A program made the position numbers and the translations under genes. DNA of 47,424 bases from a virus. Numbering within the stretch: position 1 is the first letter of the stretch; each line of letters begins with the position of its first letter. The stretch lies in IMG/VR virus record IMGVR_UViG_3300004369_000028, positions 1-47,424 of that record; one strand, written 5' to 3'. The notes beneath the pieces were generated by a model that worked only from the letters and a program-made list of their open reading frames with translations, ran no database searches and was not told the DNA's origin. Shown in pieces: positions 1-7,607 of this stretch.

Positions 1-1491
1 GCTTACCTTCTCAATAGACCAGTTACGTGACCAGAATGCGTCTAGCAGGGCCTGTGCTTTGTCTACAGTCATACCAGAGTTACGTGATAGGGTCTGACTA
101 CCTACTCCATATGTAGCACTGTAGTTCACAACCTTGTAGTTCTTACGCAGGGCTTTTAGGCTACGTTCCCCTGAGTTATGTTTATCAATGTCGTCCTGTG
201 TAACATCCCCTGCATATTTAGCAAGGTCAAGGTGTGGATCAAACCCTTCCTTAGACATTTCCTCTACGTAGTCTGGGTCCAACGGTTTCATGTAGTGACG
301 TTTAGTCGTGTCTTCTAGTGAGGTCATGTCTGCACCACACAACGTGTAACCATCTGGTGATGTTAGACACTCTCTTATTTCCCACCCAAATTGACGATCA
401 ATTGATGGCAGATTGACACAAGGTCGGGCGTGACGGAACCTGAATGTGTTGGTAAGTCCTGCAACACTTGCTTGCACGTAACCATTATTCTCTGATTCAA
501 GTAAGCCTTTGATGACTCCAATGCGGTGAGAAAGAACAGTGAGGCCATCAAGCAAGTTAATAGCAGGTTCTTGTTCAGCCAAGTCAATGACCGACTGGCA
601 GAGTTCTCCCTCTTGACGTATTTGTTCCAGTTTCCTTGTGGAACCATCTTCTTCCCTCATAAACTTAAATGTACGGGGTTCCCAACCCAACATAAACAAC
701 CAGTCTTTGACCTGTTGTACAGAGTTAGGGTTAGCACGTTCTTCACCAACCTTGACTTTCAGGCTCTGGGTACTCGTCGGGACCTTTTGCTCCTTGCAAA
801 GTTCTTCCCACTTTTCCCCCAGCCTTGACAGGCTTCCGTCCTTCTTCTGGTAGTTCTTCGGGCGGTGACGTATAGCAGTTAATACACGTTTTGGCATTGC
901 ATTTGCAAGGGCTTCTGTCTTGACTGCTTTTAGTTCTTCCCACTGCTTTAAGTGCTCCTGTGCTTTGGTTACGTCTAATTTCCACTGTAGGGCCTCTTGT
1001 TCTGCTGCACACGATAGTTTAAAAGAAAGATAGTCTACAAGTCTGTTTATTTCATCTTGATCTTCGTACAACTTTGTTAGTTTCGCACGTAGATCACGCC
1101 ATAGACGTGTGTTAATCTTAACGTCCTCATTGCAACGGTGTGCATAGTCCTCTGGTGTCAATGAGTTCCAATCCTTAATAACAGGCTTCGGTATGCCGTA
1201 GTCAACACCATAACTTTCTAGCCCATGAGAACTACGATCAAAGTTCAGGTACCATGACAAGGCCAGTGTGTCCACTAGCTTTGCTTTTACTTTAATACCT
1301 AAAACCTTCTCCACTTGAGGAATGTCAAACCTGATTATGTTATGACCAATCAGAATCTTAGATTCCTCAAAGAATATACGCATAGCTGCGTAGTCGTGGG
1401 TGTGATGCACATTTCCATCGTCACCCATCCATGATAGCACGTGTATTTTACTGGCGTTCAGGCCATCTGTTTCTATGTCAAATACTGGCAT
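1..1491 (-). CDS. DNA polymerase, family A (T7-like). This is the N-terminal 497 codons; the gene crosses the window junction and ends at 46984.
   Basis: I translated the minus strand from the ATG at 1491..1489: MPVFDIETDGL...LIGHNIIRFD (ExoI/ExoII), then LRKNYKVVNYSATYG (motif B). The frame is open to position 1 and continues in track ORF 46984..47397 because 1..99 = 47326..47424. The total is 1833 nt (610 aa). The ORF track misses it because it runs off the window edge. Confidence 0.9.
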   Translation of the reverse strand, partial: MPVFDIETDGLNASKIHVLSWMGDDGNVHHTHDYAAMRIFFEESKILIGHNIIRFDIPQVEKVLGIKVKAKLVDTLALSWYLNFDRSSHGLESYGVDYGIPKPVIKDWNSLTPEDYAHRCNEDVKINTRLWRDLRAKLTKLYEDQDEINRLVDYLSFKLSCAAEQEALQWKLDVTKAQEHLKQWEELKAVKTEALANAMPKRVLTAIRHRPKNYQKKDGSLSRLGEKWEELCKEQKVPTSTQSLKVKVGEERANPNSVQQVKDWLFMLGWEPRTFKFMREEDGSTRKLEQIRQEGELCQSVIDLAEQEPAINLLDGLTVLSHRIGVIKGLLESENNGYVQASVAGLTNTFRFRHARPCVNLPSIDRQFGWEIRECLTSPDGYTLCGADMTSLEDTTKRHYMKPLDPDYVEEMSKEGFDPHLDLAKYAGDVTQDDIDKHNSGERSLKALRKNYKVVNYSATYGVGSQTLSRNSGMTVDKAQALLDAFWSRNWSIEKVS

Positions 1492-3011
1492 TAATATGCT
1501 TCCCTAAGTGTGAACGTGTCGTAGTTAAACCGTAATTTACCTGCATACCCCTCTTCAGAAGATGGTCGGTTCTTTTCTATTTTAAGGTATGTTGTGTTTC
1601 TTTCTTCTAGGTCATCTGATTCCTTATCACGATGTAAACTAACTATAACACTAGCACGTTGTCCTATCATCTTGCAATACTTAAAGTCACCGTTTTCATT
1701 GGTGTGACCAATTGACACTATACCAATGTTAAGTTCTGCTGCCAGCTTCGACAATCGGACGGACAGGTTTGCAAGTTCTGCCTCTTTACTGTCCTCTGTG
1801 CCTGTTATCACATCTTGAATAGGCTCAAAGAACACAAACTTACAATCGCAAGCCTGACTAAAGAACCGTATTTGATCACACAGTTCGTCGGCACCCTGTC
1901 CGTCCTGCAAATAGAATTGATAGAGGTTTTCATCTTTCGTTAAATCTACAATAGCTTGACGTACTTGCTGGTCCATACCCTTATCGTCAATAAGGTCACG
2001 GCGTGTTACATTGTCATTCAACTGATAGGATGCAAGACCCAACAAAGAACGTAGCTTTGTCTCCTCTAGGTGCCATGTGGCAATAGGAATACCACGTTGC
2101 AACATGTTAAATTCAAGAAACCGCATAAGTTCTGTCTTACCAATACCAGTAGGTGCCTTGAACATAGTGAAGTGTCCTTGCATCAAGCCTAAGATTTTAT
2201 CGTCTAGGGCCTGAATACCTGTAGGTACATATACGTGCTCTGGCGTGTCCTCATACATCTTGAGGAACTGTTGTGAAGTGTTAATGACATTCTCTGGCGT
2301 ATGCTTTACAGGCTTCCACCATGCATTCTTGAAGTCCTGTGACTTACCTGCCTGTAAGAAGTCATTAGCATCCTTGTACTGACCATGATCTACACGGTAG
2401 ACCTTGTTAGGGAAAAGTCGTGACATACGATCAGCAACAGCATTACCTGCATCATCGTTATCAACAGATAATATGATCTTCTCAAAGCTATCTAGCCAGT
2501 CCTTGCAGTTTTCCCATAATTTCTTCGACGGGGTAGCACTAGGCAGAGACACAACAGGTGTAGTATAACCAGACTTTAACATCTGCCATGCTGACAGTGC
2601 ATCTAGTTCGCCCTCTGTTACAGTTACAAACTTACTACTACCAGCAGGAAAAATGTTCATGCCAAAAAGTTCGTCACCCTTGAATCCATCTTTGGTGTAG
2701 AACCTTTTTTCTGAAAGGGTACGTACTTTTTTACCACCAGAGGGGTAAATATACTCTTGGGTGTTTTCGTAAGTGTACACCCCAAACTCTTCCATAGTAG
2801 ATTTAAGTATGCTACGCATTTCCTTAAATTCCCCTGACGGGGTTATAACAGGTTTAGCCTCTACCATACTACGTAACCCTTCCCAATCGTCTTTCACTAA
2901 CTTACCTTTTGCTCCACAAGAATGACAATAGTACACATTCTTTTCTTCGTTATAAGAATAACAACCCTTATGATTACAGTGAGGACATTCCTTATGTGTT
3001 ACTTCTGTCAT
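1491..3011 (-). CDS. bifunctional DNA primase/helicase (T7 gp4-like)
   Basis: 506 aa. It has an N-terminal Zn ribbon (CPHC...CHSC), TOPRIM motifs (TEGELDALS, DNDDAG) and a DnaB-type Walker A (APTGIGKTE). Its stop overlaps the polymerase start (TAATG). Confidence 0.93.
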   Translation of the reverse strand: MTEVTHKECPHCNHKGCYSYNEEKNVYYCHSCGAKGKLVKDDWEGLRSMVEAKPVITPSGEFKEMRSILKSTMEEFGVYTYENTQEYIYPSGGKKVRTLSEKRFYTKDGFKGDELFGMNIFPAGSSKFVTVTEGELDALSAWQMLKSGYTTPVVSLPSATPSKKLWENCKDWLDSFEKIILSVDNDDAGNAVADRMSRLFPNKVYRVDHGQYKDANDFLQAGKSQDFKNAWWKPVKHTPENVINTSQQFLKMYEDTPEHVYVPTGIQALDDKILGLMQGHFTMFKAPTGIGKTELMRFLEFNMLQRGIPIATWHLEETKLRSLLGLASYQLNDNVTRRDLIDDKGMDQQVRQAIVDLTKDENLYQFYLQDGQGADELCDQIRFFSQACDCKFVFFEPIQDVITGTEDSKEAELANLSVRLSKLAAELNIGIVSIGHTNENGDFKYCKMIGQRASVIVSLHRDKESDDLEERNTTYLKIEKNRPSSEEGYAGKLRFNYDTFTLREAY

Positions 3012-3044
3012 ACTTTAGTTCCTCTTATTAGTAGTAGCATTAGT

Positions 3045-3073
3045 ATATGGTACCTAAACTTCTTCCTGTCCAC
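3045..3073 (-). promoter_or_regulatory. promoter-like element GTGGACA-N13-GTACCATAT (copy C)
   Basis: The minus strand reads GTGGACA GGAAGAAGTTTAG GTACCATAT, 34 nt upstream of the primase-helicase ATG. The boxes and spacing are identical to the copies at 9858..9886 (+) and 46950..46978 (-). Confidence 0.55.
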
Positions 3074-3545
3074 TTTTTAGTTTAAATAGTATCTCACTGT
3101 GACGTTTTTGCCACATAGACTTGCTATAACCATATTCATCCTGTAGCTGACGATACGTCTTACCTTTGTGATATATTTGATCAACCAAGAATTGATCTTG
3201 TTCAGACAGTTTTTTGATATTCTTACGTAGGTGTTTTATTTCGTCTATCAACTCAAAATCTAAAGCATGGTCATTTGTGGTGACAAGATAGTCTTGTATG
3301 TTGTTCTCTATTTCATGCTTTTCAAGCAACTCTGACTGACCGTTTCGTGACGGTAAGGTAACTGTACGGTCCCTGTAGTTGTAGTAACGTGACACGTGAT
3401 TACGTACATGCCAATACAACTCTTTTGAGTTCATACTTTTGGGTGCTTCTAATATAGCAAGCCAAGCCTCTTGGTATAGATCATCATACTTATCAGGGTC
3501 ACCATAACGAGCCGCCATGTGAGTTGCTATTTGCTCTTTGTTCAT
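3054..3545 (-). CDS. sigma-70 family (ECF-like) transcription factor
   Basis: 163 aa. It has a region-2-like DDLYQEAWLAILEA and a C-terminal region-4-type HTH (LSEQDQFLVDQIYHKGKTYRQLQDEYGYSKSMWQKRHSEILFKLK). Confidence 0.6.
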   Translation of the reverse strand: MNKEQIATHMAARYGDPDKYDDLYQEAWLAILEAPKSMNSKELYWHVRNHVSRYYNYRDRTVTLPSRNGQSELLEKHEIENNIQDYLVTTNDHALDFELIDEIKHLRKNIKKLSEQDQFLVDQIYHKGKTYRQLQDEYGYSKSMWQKRHSEILFKLKSGQEEV

Positions 3546-3709
3546 TTAATTTCCCCGTTTATGCAAACTAACTGATTGCCAATTGTATTTCTAATCTTGT
3601 CATCATAGTATTCAAAAGCAAAGAAACACTCGTACATTGTTTCATGCCTACTTATGATTTCCACGTAAGGGGTACCACTCACAATCCAAACTATAACTAA
3701 TGACCACAT
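3542..3709 (-). CDS. hypothetical small protein (55 aa)
   Basis: Track ORF 3542..3898 trimmed to the ATG at 3709. That ATG overlaps the thyX stop (TGATG), and the ORF's own stop overlaps the sigma start. Confidence 0.45.
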   Translation of the reverse strand: MWSLVIVWIVSGTPYVEIISRHETMYECFFAFEYYDDKIRNTIGNQLVCINGEIK

Positions 3710-4407
3710 CACTCTACCACCGCCTCTTGTTCTGCAATGTTTGCTGTATCCATCAAGGCGCACCAAGAGTAAGGAAACAGCTTTAGCATTTCTGCATAGA
3801 TCACACGGGCAACAATGCGTGTCTCTGCTTGCGTATCTTTTGCACAACGTAAGATGCACATGTCTGCGAATGCATCCAAGCTGCCCGACCATACCCAAGA
3901 TGTCATCATGTTCTGTGGCAATACGGATCGTGCCTGTTCAGGGCTGACCCCTTCCTTGATCATAAGTTCATAAGTTGTCAAGGCATTACGTATCGTTGCG
4001 TGATACATCATTTCAGCTTCCGTACTTATTTCCACTGGACCCCCTGAACCTTGCTTAGAATGCTCTGGCTTGCTTCGCCAGTAAGGTTCATAGAACTGTG
4101 GCAAATATGACACATATCGACGACTTACTTCGTTCCAACGCAGAAACTTATGCTTCACAAGTTGCCGTGCCACGTAAATTGGGGCATCAACACGGAAGGA
4201 TGCAAACGCATGTCCAAATGGTGACATGTGCCTGTGCTTTGCAAGGTAGTTGATCAGACGACGATCACGGTTTGATATGTTCTTTGAATCACCTGAGTGT
4301 ATCCGACCTACATAATCAGAGGATTTAGCATACGATACACGTGCTGCATTTACCACTGACAGGTCATCACCCATTACATCAATCAGTTCTACATTAATCT
4401 CTGACAT
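3709..4407 (-). CDS. thyX: FAD-dependent thymidylate synthase ThyX
   Basis: 232 aa. The signature region is ARQLVKHKFLRWNEVSRRY, which aligns to the ThyX motif RHR-x7-S-x-RY with K at both Arg positions. Confidence 0.8.
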   Translation of the reverse strand: MSEINVELIDVMGDDLSVVNAARVSYAKSSDYVGRIHSGDSKNISNRDRRLINYLAKHRHMSPFGHAFASFRVDAPIYVARQLVKHKFLRWNEVSRRYVSYLPQFYEPYWRSKPEHSKQGSGGPVEISTEAEMMYHATIRNALTTYELMIKEGVSPEQARSVLPQNMMTSWVWSGSLDAFADMCILRCAKDTQAETRIVARVIYAEMLKLFPYSWCALMDTANIAEQEAVVE

Positions 4408-5119
4408 CGTTATAATCCTTTACTGCTTTTATGATTGTCTTTGACCTTTTAGACTCTGAAAACTTATTATACAAAGTCTTCATGGACATTTTTGGTAACT
4501 CATGTTTTATTCCTGTACACTCCATCACAACCGACATGCAACTCTTTGGAAACGTGATACGTTTTAGGGTAACTGGTCTGTCAAACTCAAAGTAAGCAAT
4601 AGGGTCGCCCTTCTTTATTTTATGCTCCATTTTTTCTCCCATCCATTGAGCAAAAGAGATACCACGAAACCACTTACTAATATCAAACTCCCCTATAACA
4701 CCACAAGTAATGCTATCAGGATGTAGGAACGGGGGGTACATTCTCAGGTTTACTTCACTATCTGCAAAGAAATACACAAACCCTGCTAGAAACTGTGCAT
4801 AACTGTCCTCTGGTTGATTAGAACTATCTGTTTTTTCTTCCTGACGACCACTACTCATATTGTACACAACAAAGGCATTTTGCTGTTTTCTAATCAGCAT
4901 GTCAAAGGGTGCATATATGACACGCATATTAGCTAATACTTTGTTAGATACGGGACAGTTAAAGATAGGCTGACCCTCTCCAAGTTTCCTTTTTAGTGAC
5001 GGATATAGACCCTCTGTGTCTAACAGTTGATTTAGTGGGCTACCCTCGAAACCACCGTAATATACAGTAGGCTTTACCATTTTTTTCTTGTTTTCCAATA
5101 TACCCAGCATTCTGAACAA
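4394..5119 (-). CDS. hypothetical protein
   Basis: 241 aa with a 14-nt overlap onto the thyX start. The likely real start is MVKPTV at 5080. There is only a weak dUTPase/dCTP-deaminase-like C-terminal pattern (KKGDPIAYFEF), so no function is claimed. Confidence 0.6.
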   Translation of the reverse strand: MFRMLGILENKKKMVKPTVYYGGFEGSPLNQLLDTEGLYPSLKRKLGEGQPIFNCPVSNKVLANMRVIYAPFDMLIRKQQNAFVVYNMSSGRQEEKTDSSNQPEDSYAQFLAGFVYFFADSEVNLRMYPPFLHPDSITCGVIGEFDISKWFRGISFAQWMGEKMEHKIKKGDPIAYFEFDRPVTLKRITFPKSCMSVVMECTGIKHELPKMSMKTLYNKFSESKRSKTIIKAVKDYNDVRD

Positions 5120-5289
5120 TGCCCCTTTCCAAAGATTATGTCTATAAGCCAGACAATGTTAAGTTTTTTATCTTTCTTCCACTGCCAGTTACGTGCAGAG
5201 AATGTTTGGTTCTGTGATCCACCTAAGATCACGTTAATGAGTACACTCAGGACAGATAGTATCCTAGAAAAGTATCTCACCATTTTCAT
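5074..5289 (-). CDS. hypothetical small protein
   Basis: Track ORF 5074..5340 trimmed to MKMVRYF. It has a hydrophobic N-terminal helix and a C-terminal GHCSECW. Confidence 0.4.
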   Translation of the reverse strand: MKMVRYFSRILSVLSVLINVILGGSQNQTFSARNWQWKKDKKLNIVWLIDIIFGKGHCSECWVYWKTRKKW

Positions 5290-5452
5290 CGTAGGGGTTT
5301 CGGTAGTACCCTTTGCTGAACACTTCTTCATAATACTCACGGTTGTATGGGCTTTCTAGTTCCTCTAATTGCTCTAGTGGGGTTGGCATAAGTAATCCAA
5401 GTTCATCTGCCATCCACTGCGGTATAGAAAATGTGGTTTCCAATTTTACCAT
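5264..5452 (-). CDS. hypothetical small acidic protein
   Basis: 62-aa track ORF between the SleB-like gene and the next gene. It overlaps both neighbours. Confidence 0.35.
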   Translation of the reverse strand: MVKLETTFSIPQWMADELGLLMPTPLEQLEELESPYNREYYEEVFSKGYYRNPYDENGEILF

Positions 5453-5792
5453 CCTTCTTGTAGTGTTTAATCCAAAAGGGTTTTACGTTTACCCTGTGAT
5501 AGTGGGTGGATGTTACACCCATAACATCACCCTTGTCAACATGATATGCCACATTTACTGCAACTTTGTAAGCATGTTTTTCTAAGTCATTGTTCAAGTA
5601 TTTGAATGGGTTATCACTCATTCCATCATGCGTAAATGAGAACTGCTTTTCTTGATACACTACATCACAGTAGTTGTCAGGCCAACGGTCAGATTGGACA
5701 CGGTTTTTGACAACTTCTGCCACGGCGTACTGACCATCCACAGGTTCACCACGTGACTCGAAAAATATTGCTGCAATCAAACACTCAATCAT
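5403..5792 (-). CDS. SleB-like cell wall hydrolase (Hydrolase_2 family)
   Basis: 129 aa. FFESRGEPVDGQYAVAEVVKNRV...CDVVYQEKQFSF matches the EARGE...NR...QFS pattern of SleB-type hydrolases. Confidence 0.75.
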   Translation of the reverse strand: MIECLIAAIFFESRGEPVDGQYAVAEVVKNRVQSDRWPDNYCDVVYQEKQFSFTHDGMSDNPFKYLNNDLEKHAYKVAVNVAYHVDKGDVMGVTSTHYHRVNVKPFWIKHYKKDGKIGNHIFYTAVDGR

Positions 5793-6093
5793 GCTTATTT
5801 CCTATGTAGTAGTAAGGTGGCTCCATTGTAAGTGCTTCCAAGTTAAAGGGTACAAAGTGGCTGTACTTGAAGTTCTTCAACATAGTCCTGTAAGAAGGGT
5901 TCTCGTTGTACTTTTGAGAAACTTCCTCTGCATCTTTAAGGGTGTACGGTATTTTTGTTTTTATGGGTATTGCAGGACCAGAACGAACTGATCCTACATC
6001 TAAGGGAACTGCTGCAACCGTGTACGTGCTTCTCATATCATAATCCCTTTGTTCCTCTTCTTCTTTTAGTCCTGTGATCAGTACCCAAGCCAT
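5785..6093 (-). CDS. hypothetical protein
   Basis: 102-aa track ORF, tightly packed in the minus-strand operon. Confidence 0.5.
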   Translation of the reverse strand: MAWVLITGLKEEEEQRDYDMRSTYTVAAVPLDVGSVRSGPAIPIKTKIPYTLKDAEEVSQKYNENPSYRTMLKNFKYSHFVPFNLEALTMEPPYYYIGNKHD

Positions 6094-6350
6094 TACTTAA
6101 TTTCCACTACTGCGTTTTCGTTAAAGCATTTCCAATGCTGTTCTGCAACAGAGTAAATAGGAATAAGGCCATTACGTGACATAGCTTTACTGTTGCGTTC
6201 ACCCCTTTCGTTGCCAATGATTTTGCTGCTAGGCTTGAACAGGCCATTGATAGTACGTTCTGTACCGTCCTTCTTGATGAATGTAACTGTAGCAAACTGT
6301 GTGCCTTTGGCTGCTACGATCTTGCGTACTGTGTCTGCTGATAGTGTCAT
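6093..6350 (-). CDS. hypothetical protein (85 aa)
   Basis: Track ORF 6093..6584 trimmed to MTLSADTV, which is preceded by GGAG (GGAGACTTTGAAATG on the minus strand). The upstream extension is low-complexity. Confidence 0.5.
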   Translation of the reverse strand: MTLSADTVRKIVAAKGTQFATVTFIKKDGTERTINGLFKPSSKIIGNERGERNSKAMSRNGLIPIYSVAEQHWKCFNENAVVEIK

Positions 6351-6383
6351 TTCAAAGTCTCCTTGATTCGTTTTATGATCACT

Positions 6384-6412
6384 ACTATGAACGATATTTG
6401 AAGTATCGTCAA
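6384..6412 (-). promoter_or_regulatory. sigma-70-like promoter candidate
   Basis: The minus strand reads TTGACG-17 nt-CATAGT in the 172-bp gap upstream of the 6350 start. Confidence 0.3.
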
Positions 6413-6522
6413 GTAGATATTTACAGAATTTATACTTTCTTTTTGCATCCCTGCCGTTACCAGTATCCCGATAACGACCAGCATTATGATATACGATAAC
6501 ATTATGACGAAGACGACTTTCA

Positions 6523-6828
6523 TTAGTCGTATTCTTTTCGGTCCTGTTGGTTTTCGTACCCGTATCTGTAGGCTTCAATCTCACCGACTGTCATGTTATC
6601 CTTTTCAACACGTTCTGAGTCATAGGTACCGCCAGTATAGTAGTGAGGGTCATAACTGCGACCATAGTATGCGTCAGCACCGCCACGATCCTGTGGGGAG
6701 CCATGACGAGGTAAATCGTCAAGACGGATAACGTCATCACTGTATCCCATTTTTCTTATGTCCTCTTCTGTGTAAAAATACCACTGTCCGTCTTCTCCCA
6801 CATATGCTTGTCCTACTACTTTATCCAT
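6523..6828 (-). CDS. hypothetical protein
   Basis: 101-aa track ORF rich in Tyr, Asp and Gly. Confidence 0.5.
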   Translation of the reverse strand: MDKVVGQAYVGEDGQWYFYTEEDIRKMGYSDDVIRLDDLPRHGSPQDRGGADAYYGRSYDPHYYTGGTYDSERVEKDNMTVGEIEAYRYGYENQQDRKEYD

Positions 6829-7184
6829 TGAATTGCTCCTTTCTTTTCCTGATTCGTATATAGACTGACGAACTTAACACTGTCAAGAGGTTTTTTTGAT
6901 GCTGTATCAACAAATGTTTCGTACTTGTACGGATTGTACGTTGCATAACCATGCTGACCAATTTCTGCTAGGGGGAAACCCATAGGTGCTAGGTAGCCAC
7001 GCACAAATGCATGTACGTTCTTACGTTTCTCTTGTAGAACCTTACGACGACCAGACTGACGGACGACAAATTTGGCATCTTTTATGTCTACTGCTGCCGT
7101 ATGTGCTATCACTCGTCCTGTCTTGCAGTTACGTACACTAAAGCAGTGTTTGTGCAGGTTCCAATATACTTCTACTTTTTCCAT
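6816..7184 (-). CDS. hypothetical protein, first gene of the leftward arm
   Basis: 122 aa (MEKVEVYWNLHKHCFSVRN...KNVHAFVRGY). AGGAAAGGA lies about 10 nt upstream of the ATG on the minus strand. Confidence 0.6.
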   Translation of the reverse strand: MEKVEVYWNLHKHCFSVRNCKTGRVIAHTAAVDIKDAKFVVRQSGRRKVLQEKRKNVHAFVRGYLAPMGFPLAEIGQHGYATYNPYKYETFVDTASKKPLDSVKFVSLYTNQEKKGAIQWIK

Positions 7185-7198
7185 CGTCGGGGTCCTTT

Positions 7199-7302
7199 CC
7201 TATTTCCACTGAGGGGGTTGATCTACGAATTACTACCATATTTCCACTGGTGGGGTCAATCCTTATTTCCACTGAGGGGGTTCTTATTTCCACTGAGGGG
7301 GT
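7199..7302 (+). repeat. four copies of a 20-bp motif CYTATTTCCACTGAGGGGGT
   Basis: Copies are at 7199..7218, 7237..7256 (variant CATATTTCCACTGGTGGGGT), 7262..7281 and 7283..7302. The last two are tandem with a 21-bp period. Confidence 0.9.
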
Positions 7303-7354
7303 CTGGTGTGACTTTTTAGCCACATATTCAATTTTATGCATGTAATCATAGGTT

Positions 7355-7546
7355 GTGTATACCATTGCATACACTCGTAAAAGTTGTGTGACATTTTTGC
7401 AACACCATGTGATATTTTTGCCACAGTGACATTTTTGTGACAGTGTGACTTTTATACCACAGTGACTTTTGTGCCACAGTGACAATTATGCAACAGTGAC
7501 ATTTTTGCAACACACAACCATAAGGTGTGTATACAATTGCATACAC
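7355..7546. repeat. array of seven ~17-bp direct repeats flanked by two 20-bp near-palindromes
   Basis: The flanks are GTGTATACCATTGCATACAC (7355..7374) and GTGTATACAATTGCATACAC (7527..7546). Between them, GTGAC(A)TTTT(T)G-type units start at 7388, 7409, 7426, 7445, 7462, 7479 and 7496. Confidence 0.9.
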
Positions 7547-7607
7547 AACCTGACTTTTCGATTGCCCATCCTTCCACCTTTTGCGACTGCGTTTTAAAAA
7601 AACTCGC

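Noticed and set aside
1-99. The end duplication as a biological direct terminal repeat
   Set aside because: It falls in the middle of the polymerase ORF, and its length (exactly 99) fits an assembler k-mer overlap. True physical ends cannot be ruled out without reads.
375-1012. Track ORFs 375..647(-), 526..828(+), 638..853(+) and 743..1012(-)
   Set aside because: All lie inside, or in other frames of, the continuous minus-strand DNA polymerase reading frame (1..1491). That frame has clear PolA motifs, so these are shadow ORFs.
1248-1275. A possible fourth copy of the GTGGACA/GTACCAT element (TGTCCAC at 1269 with GGTACCATG nearby)
   Set aside because: The orientation and spacing of the two boxes do not match the three good copies, and it lies inside the polymerase coding sequence.
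3710-3898. N-terminal extension of ORF 3542..3898(-) overlapping thyX
   Set aside because: The extension lies out of frame inside the ThyX coding region. An internal ATG at 3709 is translationally coupled to the thyX stop, which gives a compact 55-aa gene.
6351-6584. N-terminal 78 codons of ORF 6093..6584(-)
   Set aside because: The sequence is low-complexity and basic, while an internal ATG at 6350 has a GGAG RBS. The upstream part more likely holds a promoter (TTGACG-17-CATAGT).
7386-7510. The 17-bp tandem array as a CRISPR array
   Set aside because: The units abut with no unique spacers, the period is far too short, and there are no cas genes. It is better explained as iterons or binding sites.
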